Shown piece after piece: positions 57,817-64,000 of a DNA stretch of 64,000 nt. The DNA lies in assembly GCA_963737905.1 (NCBI GenBank), contig CAVTUQ010000025.1, forward strand, positions 256,001 through 320,000, written 5' to 3'. This stretch comes from an uncultured delta proteobacterium (lineage in GTDB: Bacteria; Desulfobacterota; Binatia; UBA9968). The notes beneath the pieces are model-generated. The model saw only the letters and a list, made by a program, of their open reading frames with translations. It did no database searches and had not been told where the DNA came from. Each line of letters begins with the position of its first letter. Positions within the stretch are counted from its first letter, which is position 1. A program made the translations under genes and the position numbers.

Positions 57817-59141
57817 CACTACTGTCCCAACGTTGAAATCGTGAACCGGTAAAAGCTATTAAAAAGACTTAACTTTTTGTTGAAAATGCAATTTATCGAT
57901 TTGAAATCAAAAACGCTCCAAAGCCACACTTGCGTATCCCCGCGCAAGGAGATGGCTAATGAATTCAGGAAAGACGGTGTTCTCTCAACTGATGGACTTT
58001 GTGCCCTCATACGAATTCCGCCTCTGTGTGGATCGCTATCACGGCAACCACAAAGTGAAAAGCTTTTCATGCTGGGACCAGTTTCTATCGATGGCCTTTG
58101 CTCAGCTTACCTATCGCGAAAGTCTCAGAGACATCGAGACCTGTTTGAGAGCTGCGGGCGAAAAGCTTTATCACATGGGCATTCGCGGCAAGGTCTCTCG
58201 CAACACCCTAGCTCACGCCAACGAGGTGCGCGACTGGAGAATCTACCAAGACTTTGCCCAAGCCCTGATTCAAAACGCCAGAGAACTTTATGTGGGAGAT
58301 CCTCTCCAAGTTCAGCTCGATCAAACCGCCTATGCCTTAGATTCGACCGTCGTCGATCTGTGTCTGACGCTATTCCCTTGGGCGAAGTTTCGAAAGCGCA
58401 AGGCCGCCGTGAAGCTTCATACCCTTTTGGATTTACGTGCCAGCATCCCCACCACCGTGATTGTTACTACGGGAGCGGTCCACGATGTGAACATCATGGA
58501 CGAGCTTTTTTGGGAGCCAGGGTCGATCTACGTGATGGACCGGGGCTACGTGGACTTCGCTCGGCTTTACCGCATCCAGCAAGATTCGGCCTTCTTTGTC
58601 ACCAGAGCCAAGAAGAACTTTCGCTTCCAACGCCTTTACTCTCACCGAGTCAACAAAGCCACCGGCCTTCGCTGCGATCAAACCGTGGTGCTTTGCGGTT
58701 TCTACGCTCAAAAAGATTATCCCGAAAAGCTGCGTCGCATCCGTTATTTCGATCAGCAAACCAACAAAGCTCTGGTTTTTCTGACCAACAATTTTACCTT
58801 ACCGGCTTTAATCATCGCCCAATTGTATCGATGCCGCTGGCAGGTGGAATTGTTCTTCAAGTGGATCAAGCAACACCTTCGTATCAAAGCCTTCTATGGC
58901 ACCAGCGACAATGCCGTGAAGACACAGATCTGGATTGCCATCTCGATCTACGTGTTGGTGGCGATCATCAAAAAGCGCTTGAATCTCGATCACAGCTTAT
59001 ACTCGATTCTACAGATCCTGAGCGTGACAACCATGGAGAAAACTCCGCTCATACAAGTACTTTCGCAGTTCGATGAGTCGGAAAAAATGCTCGATAACAG
59101 CAAACAACTGATTTTGTTCAATTAACGTTGGGACAATAGTG
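57817..59141 (+). mobile_element. Complete IS4-family insertion sequence
   Basis: Terminal inverted repeats CACTACTGTCCCAACGTT / AACGTTGGGACAATAGTG (17/18). 9-bp target duplication ATTTCTCAA at 57808-57816 and 59142-59150. Confidence 0.95.
57959..59125 (+). CDS. IS4-family DDE transposase (DUF4372 N-terminus)
   Basis: GKTVFSQL, ALDST, MDRGY, LYRCRWQVELFFKWIKQ (YREK). Intact, 388 aa. Confidence 0.95.
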   Translation: MNSGKTVFSQLMDFVPSYEFRLCVDRYHGNHKVKSFSCWDQFLSMAFAQLTYRESLRDIETCLRAAGEKLYHMGIRGKVSRNTLAHANEVRDWRIYQDFAQALIQNARELYVGDPLQVQLDQTAYALDSTVVDLCLTLFPWAKFRKRKAAVKLHTLLDLRASIPTTVIVTTGAVHDVNIMDELFWEPGSIYVMDRGYVDFARLYRIQQDSAFFVTRAKKNFRFQRLYSHRVNKATGLRCDQTVVLCGFYAQKDYPEKLRRIRYFDQQTNKALVFLTNNFTLPALIIAQLYRCRWQVELFFKWIKQHLRIKAFYGTSDNAVKTQIWIAISIYVLVAIIKKRLNLDHSLYSILQILSVTTMEKTPLIQVLSQFDESEKMLDNSKQLILFN

Positions 59142-59250
59142 ATTTCTCAATTGTAATTATCGATGGAAGCGTTTTTCATTTTTTCCGCACGCCTTGACAG
59201 TCACCCTTGATCGTCGGGCGGACGATCACTGAGGAACGGAACCGCGACTG

Positions 59251-60366
59251 GTGAGAGTTATGGTCACGAAGTTGGGCTTCTGCGATGGACTTCTCGTTTC
59301 GCTCGATCAGTTGAGCGCGTTGAAGCGATCCAAGGAGCTTATCTGTCTCCTGCTTGACAGAGGAACGTGGACTTTTTCTCTCATTGGACCCCCCGTCGGT
59401 GATGAAAGGCGCACCTCCATCTGGAACGTTGCGCGGGAGGCGGAGGCGAGCCCTGAAGACCGACAATATTGGGCTGAACTCCGGACCCTCTGGAGTCAAC
59501 TAAAAAATTTCAGCCTCTCACCCTTCCTGGGCGATTCGATCGCCAACGGCGAAATCACGGGCCTAGACTACGCTTCCCTTCTCCAATCTTGGCGACCAAA
59601 ATACGAGGAGTTGAGCGACGTGAAGCGACTCAAGGAGGTTGTCTGCCTCCTGCTTGACAGAGGAAAGTGGCACGATTTTCCTCTGGTTGAACCACCCGTC
59701 GGTGATGAAAGGCGCACCTCCGTCTGGAACGTTGCGCGGGAGGTGGAGGCGAGCGCCGAAGACCGCCAATATTGGGATGAACTACGGAGCCTCTGGAGTC
59801 AACTGCAATATGTCAGATCCTTCCTCTTACCCTTCCGCGCCCTGCCCCAAGTGGGCGATTCGATCGTCAACGGCGAAATCACGGGCGTAGACTACGCTTC
59901 CCTGCTCCACTCTTGGCGACCAGAATACGACGAGCCAGAGAGTCTCCACTCTAGGATCCACGAGGCCCTCGAAAGGTCGCAGACCGATCCAGTTCAGTTT
60001 GACTTTGCGGGATGCTGGCTTTTCAAGAACAACCGCTATTCGATAGAGGGCCACTACGACAGCGAGGAAAAGAAACTCCTGGTCGTGGAGGAGTTCGATA
60101 AAGAAAGAAGGCACTTCGAGCGGCTACACCATAAGCACAGGTCAGCCGGTTCTGACAGCAACCAGCCAGGCCGTCCACGCGTGCCAGAAGCCGTCAGAAT
60201 CGAGGTATGGCGGAGAGACGGGGGGCAATGTTCAAGGTGCGGAAGCCGAGAGAATCTCGAATACGACCACATTGTCCCTCTTGTGAGGGGAGGCAGCAAC
60301 ACAGCGAGGAATGTTGAACTCCTCTGCGAGAAGTGCAATCGCTCGAAGGCGGATAAGATTGAGTAA
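59251..60366 (+). CDS. HNH endonuclease with two N-terminal tandem repeats of about 100 aa
   Basis: C-terminal RDGGQCSRCG..LEYDHIVP..RGGSN...N..LLCEKCNRSK. Repeats at 59311-59610 and 59611-59934. Start codon uncertain. Confidence 0.85.
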   Translation: MRVMVTKLGFCDGLLVSLDQLSALKRSKELICLLLDRGTWTFSLIGPPVGDERRTSIWNVAREAEASPEDRQYWAELRTLWSQLKNFSLSPFLGDSIANGEITGLDYASLLQSWRPKYEELSDVKRLKEVVCLLLDRGKWHDFPLVEPPVGDERRTSVWNVAREVEASAEDRQYWDELRSLWSQLQYVRSFLLPFRALPQVGDSIVNGEITGVDYASLLHSWRPEYDEPESLHSRIHEALERSQTDPVQFDFAGCWLFKNNRYSIEGHYDSEEKKLLVVEEFDKERRHFERLHHKHRSAGSDSNQPGRPRVPEAVRIEVWRRDGGQCSRCGSRENLEYDHIVPLVRGGSNTARNVELLCEKCNRSKADKIE

Positions 60367-60398
60367 GAGGAGAAAAAAGCGACATTCTGAGTTATTAG

Positions 60399-60455
60399 GC
60401 CTAACCTCTGCTTCAGACCGACGCGGAATACGCGCAGCTGAGCACAGCGCTAGGC
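60399..60455 (+). mobile_element. attC site
   Basis: GCCTAAC-ctc-TGCTTCAG...cgcg/cgcg...CTGAGCA-cagc-GCTAGGC. 57 bp, with one extra base in the left arm. Confidence 0.78.
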
Positions 60456-60462
60456 GGACATC

Positions 60463-60945
60463 ATGAACCGATCGACATTTACCACCTCCCCGGACAACCG
60501 TTATTTTGAAGATTATGTCGTCGGAGCGGTGCACGAGTTCGGTACGATCTCGGTGGAAGAAAAAGAAATCCTCGACTTTGGACAGCGCTTCGTTCCGTTG
60601 GCTTACCACATCGATAGGGAAGCGGCAAAAAAGAGTATCTACGGCGGTTTGATTGCGAGCGGCTGGCATACCGCTGCGCTCATGATGCGGCTTTACGCGG
60701 ATAACTATTTATCTAAAGTAGCGAACCTCGGCTCCCCTGGCGCTGATGAGCTGAAATGGGATAACCCGGTCTTCCCCGGCGATGAGCTGTCGATTCGCAT
60801 CACAGTTTTGGAAACCCGCCGCTCCGAATCTAAACCGGATCGCGGCATTGTCCGCTCTTTTGTCGAGGTACTGAACCAAAAACGCGAAGCCGTGATGAGC
60901 GTAAAGATGGTGAACTTTGTGCGGAGCCGAGAGACCCCGGCGTAA
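60463..60945 (+). CDS. MaoC-family hot-dog dehydratase
   Basis: YFEDY.VG, H.D..AA..S.YGGLIASGWHT, PVFPGDEL. Confidence 0.88.
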   Translation: MNRSTFTTSPDNRYFEDYVVGAVHEFGTISVEEKEILDFGQRFVPLAYHIDREAAKKSIYGGLIASGWHTAALMMRLYADNYLSKVANLGSPGADELKWDNPVFPGDELSIRITVLETRRSESKPDRGIVRSFVEVLNQKREAVMSVKMVNFVRSRETPA

Positions 60946-60970
60946 TTCCGGAAACAGCAGGAACTAAATT

Positions 60971-62344
60971 CTAGGCTTCGTCCGCCTCTTCGTAGTCGAA
61001 TTCGTCACGCGGCGTAAAATTCTCAAACCGCATAAACTCGTTCAAAAAGGTCAGTTCGACGGTATCGATGGGGCCGTTTCGCTGCTTGGCGACGATAATT
61101 TCGGCGATGCCCTTTTTTTCCGAATTCTGATTGTAAACCTCGTCCCGATAGATAAACATGATGACGTCTGCGTCCTGTTCGATGGCTCCCGATTCCCGCA
61201 GATCGGACATCATCGGCCGCCGGTCGCCGCGATCCTCAACCCGACGGTTGAGCTGCGAGATGGCGATGACCGGAACGGTCAATTCTTTGGCCAAAGCCTT
61301 TAAGGAACGTGAAATTTCTGAAATCTCCTGTTCACGGTTTGACGCGGCTCCCATGCCGCGCATCAACTGCAAGTAATCAATGACGATCAGCCCGACCTTC
61401 TTCGTCCGGTCACGCACCAGGCGCCGCGCCTTGGCGCGCAGCTCGAGAACCGAAATTGCGGGCGTATCGTCGATATAAATCGGCGCCTCGTGGAGCCGAC
61501 CAGCGGCGTTCGCCAATTTTGGGAAATCTCGTTCTGCTAAATAGCCGGAGCGAACTTTGGAATTGTTAACGTGGGCTTCGGAACAAAGCATGCGGAGAAC
61601 GAGCTGCTCCTTGGCCATTTCCAGGGAGAAAACCGCGACTCCGACTCCCGTAAATGCCGCGTTGGTGGCGATATTGAGGCTGAAGGCGGTCTTACCCATG
61701 CTGGGTCGACCGGCAACGATAACCAGGTCGGATGGCTGGAGCCCGGCGGTAAGTTTGTCCAAATCTTCGTAACCCGTGGGCACGCCGGTGACCATCTCCT
61801 TGCGTTCATACAGCCTTTCGACTGTTTTGAGCGTGTCCTTGATCATATCCCCGACGGCGACGAAGGATGCTTTGACCTTCTTTTCCGATATATCAAAGAT
61901 CACTTTCTCCGCCGTGTCCAAAAACTCATCGACGTTGCCCTGCTCTTCGTAACCTCGCGTTGCAATCTCCGTTGCCGTACTGATGAGACTGCGCAAGATC
62001 GCCTTTTCCCGTACAATACGCGCATAGTAGGAGATGTTGGCCGCTGTCGGTACAAAATCAGCCAGAGAAGCCAGGTACGCGCTGCCTCCGACCGCGTCAA
62101 GCTCGCCCCGACTTTTGAGACACTCGCTCAGCGTGATGAGATCCGCCGGCTCGCCGCGGTCCGTGAGCTCAATCATGCCGCGGAAAATCTTGCGGTGAGA
62201 TTCGCGATAGAAATCTTCGGGGCGAACCAATTCCAAAACGAGATTAATGGCGTCGTTTTCAAGCAGAATTCCTCCCAAGACGGAAGTCTCCGCCTCGAGA
62301 TTCTGAGGAGGAACCTTTCTGAGATTGTCGTCCAAAGCTGCCAT
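60971..62344 (-). CDS. dnaB: Replicative DNA helicase
   Basis: PPQNLEAE, GRPSMGKT, IDYLQL, SQLNR, DLRESGAIEQDAD, KQRNGP. No intein. Confidence 0.98.
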   Translation of the reverse strand: MAALDDNLRKVPPQNLEAETSVLGGILLENDAINLVLELVRPEDFYRESHRKIFRGMIELTDRGEPADLITLSECLKSRGELDAVGGSAYLASLADFVPTAANISYYARIVREKAILRSLISTATEIATRGYEEQGNVDEFLDTAEKVIFDISEKKVKASFVAVGDMIKDTLKTVERLYERKEMVTGVPTGYEDLDKLTAGLQPSDLVIVAGRPSMGKTAFSLNIATNAAFTGVGVAVFSLEMAKEQLVLRMLCSEAHVNNSKVRSGYLAERDFPKLANAAGRLHEAPIYIDDTPAISVLELRAKARRLVRDRTKKVGLIVIDYLQLMRGMGAASNREQEISEISRSLKALAKELTVPVIAISQLNRRVEDRGDRRPMMSDLRESGAIEQDADVIMFIYRDEVYNQNSEKKGIAEIIVAKQRNGPIDTVELTFLNEFMRFENFTPRDEFDYEEADEA

Positions 62345-62573
62345 GAATCTAATTTCAGTTTGGGATTTGCAAGCGTTCAAGCTCGCGCACAATCAATTCA
62401 TTCTTCCCCGTCGATTGGAGGACCGAACAGCAAGGCTACACGAAAGAAAACAAAAAGCAAGGAAAAATTTTACCCGGAAAGAAATTTTTGTCGCCGGGCA
62501 GCTGGAAAGCAATCGGCAACCGAAAATCTATGGATCAGACTTCTTAAAGAGCTTCGCCTGGTTAAAAAGAGGC

Positions 62574-64000
62574 TCAAAATGGATGATTATCGCCGGGCGG
62601 ATTCAGAATTTGCGCGGCATCATCCAAAGCCTTGTGGCCGCCCAAGAGAATAAGCATGTCGCCGACTGCCAACTTAAAGTCGTTGCCAACGTTGTGGTAG
62701 GATTGACCCTCCCGAACCACTGCGATGACGGACACGCCGCTCCGGGAAGGCAGGTTGATCTCTTCCAAGCTCTTGCCCGCGGCCGGCGACCTTTCAACAA
62801 TGGAAAAGATGTCGCTTGTGGTTCCCACGAGAAATTGACTCAACGCATCCAATTGTTTGCCCTGAAGCTGGATGCCACGCAACGTGCCGTAATGTTCCTT
62901 GCGGATTAGATCCACCTGTAGCGAGATCACATTGCGCGGAACATGATATTCCTGCAACACGCGGGCAAAAATCTCCACGGACGTCTCAAACTCTTCGGGG
63001 ATGACCTGGTTCGCCCCGAGGCGGTAGAGATGATCGATCTCCGCCACGTAACGAGTCCGAACGATGATGTACAGGTCGGCCCTTAACCGGCGAGCCTGCG
63101 ATACCAGCCGCGCGGTGGCGGCGGGATCAGAGATCGCGATGACCAAAACGCGGGCCTTTGCGATACTCACTTGCTGCAATATTTCCGGCCGGGTTCCATC
63201 ACCGAAAGAGATCGGCTCTCCCGCCGCTTTCGCCGAACCTACCAAATCCGGATCCATTTCGAGGACCCGATAGGGAACCCCGACTTCTTTGAGAACACGT
63301 GCCAAATTCTGCCCGTTTAGTCCATAACCAACCACAATCACGTGCCCCTCAGCTGCCCTTGTTTCGCTTGCTCCTCCCTTTGTTGGACGGTCGATCCCGA
63401 CACTCTTAAAGAGTCCCTCAAAACCAAACGCCAAACCGTGCGCCCACTGGATGAGAAACGGCGTCGCTATCATGCTCAAGATCGAGGCCGCCAAAAATAT
63501 CTGTTCGTCCGCAGGGTTCAAAAGTTTATAGTTGATACCCGCCTTGGCCAGAACAAATGAAAACTCACCGATTTGAGCCAGCCCTAAGCCCAGCACAACT
63601 CCCAATCGAATCGAGCGATAGAACCACCAAAAAACGGCAAAGAGCACCAAACCTTTGATACCAATCATCAACAGAAGATCCAGAAGAGCCATGCCAAAGT
63701 CTTGGGACAAAAGAGCGAGGTTTAATAACATCCCGACAGAAATAAAGAAGATGCCGCTGAAACAGTCGCGCAAGGGCAGAATGTCGGCGACGATCTGGTG
63801 ACTCAGTTCGGATTCAGAGATGACCAGGCCTGCAACCAGCGCTCCCAGCGCCAGCGAAAGCCCGGATTCCGAAGTTAACCAGGCAGTTCCGAAACACACC
63901 AGAACCACGAAAAGGACAAAGATCTCCCGATTTCGAAGCAAGGCGACCTGATGGAGGAGTCGCGGCAGTAATTTGCGCGCCGTCCAGACGATCACCACCA
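62574..64000 (-). CDS. CPA2/Kef-type cation:proton antiporter with TrkA-N and TrkA-C domains (5' end outside the window)
   Basis: SLALGA..AG, FFISVGM, QIGEFSFVL, VGYGLNG, GDGT, C-terminal RCK_C. Confidence 0.92.
   Translation of the reverse strand, partial: VVIVWTARKLLPRLLHQVALLRNREIFVLFVVLVCFGTAWLTSESGLSLALGALVAGLVISESELSHQIVADILPLRDCFSGIFFISVGMLLNLALLSQDFGMALLDLLLMIGIKGLVLFAVFWWFYRSIRLGVVLGLGLAQIGEFSFVLAKAGINYKLLNPADEQIFLAASILSMIATPFLIQWAHGLAFGFEGLFKSVGIDRPTKGGASETRAAEGHVIVVGYGLNGQNLARVLKEVGVPYRVLEMDPDLVGSAKAAGEPISFGDGTRPEILQQVSIAKARVLVIAISDPAATARLVSQARRLRADLYIIVRTRYVAEIDHLYRLGANQVIPEEFETSVEIFARVLQEYHVPRNVISLQVDLIRKEHYGTLRGIQLQGKQLDALSQFLVGTTSDIFSIVERSPAAGKSLEEINLPSRSGVSVIAVVREGQSYHNVGNDFKLAVGDMLILLGGHKALDDAAQILNPPGDNHPF

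Noticed and set aside
57877-59076. 399-aa same-strand ORF overlapping the transposase in another frame
   Set aside because: Ser/Arg/Pro-rich with no motifs. Likely a codon-bias shadow, although its length is notable.
54657-60460. CRISPR array or diversity-generating retroelement as an explanation of the repeats
   Set aside because: No regular repeat-spacer units, no cas or reverse transcriptase gene, and the thiE and HNH repeat mismatches are not adenine-specific.

Overview
64 kb of bacterial chromosome with moderately high GC. The gene repertoire (NMT1/SsuA-type ABC binding protein, Bug/TctC plus fused TctA-TctB, UbiD, Mo-hydroxylase, PolB) suggests a deltaproteobacteria-like lineage such as Ca. 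Binatia; this is inference. Most of the window is housekeeping or metabolic: tgt (cut by the window edge), queA, nfeD-slipin, udg, coaBC, trmI, cca, an M16 peptidase pair, chdC/hemQ, pckG, rimP-nusA-infB-rbfA-truB, ntrBC-like, thiE, dnaB and a Kef-type antiporter. Four things stand out. (1) Between thiE and dnaB (about 54.1-60.9 kb) lies an integrase-less integron cassette array (CALIN). It has attC remnants and self-complementary cassette ends, two toxin-antitoxin pairs with broken toxins, a diverged 151-bp duplicate of the thiE 3' end, an IS4 element, and phage/defence-like cargo (Phage-ABA-like protein, poly-gamma-glutamate hydrolase, PD-(D/E)XK nuclease, TIKI/ChaN-like protein, tandem-repeat HNH). 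(2) A family-B DNA polymerase has intact polymerase motifs but apparently dead ExoI and ExoIII proofreading motifs. (3) A three-subunit cobalt nitrile-hydratase/thiocyanate-hydrolase-like enzyme has a hybrid substrate pocket. (4) A Mo-hydroxylase gene is a frameshifted chimera of two diverged homologues. No rRNA, tRNA or CRISPR array was seen. All family calls come from motifs read by eye; no database search was run.
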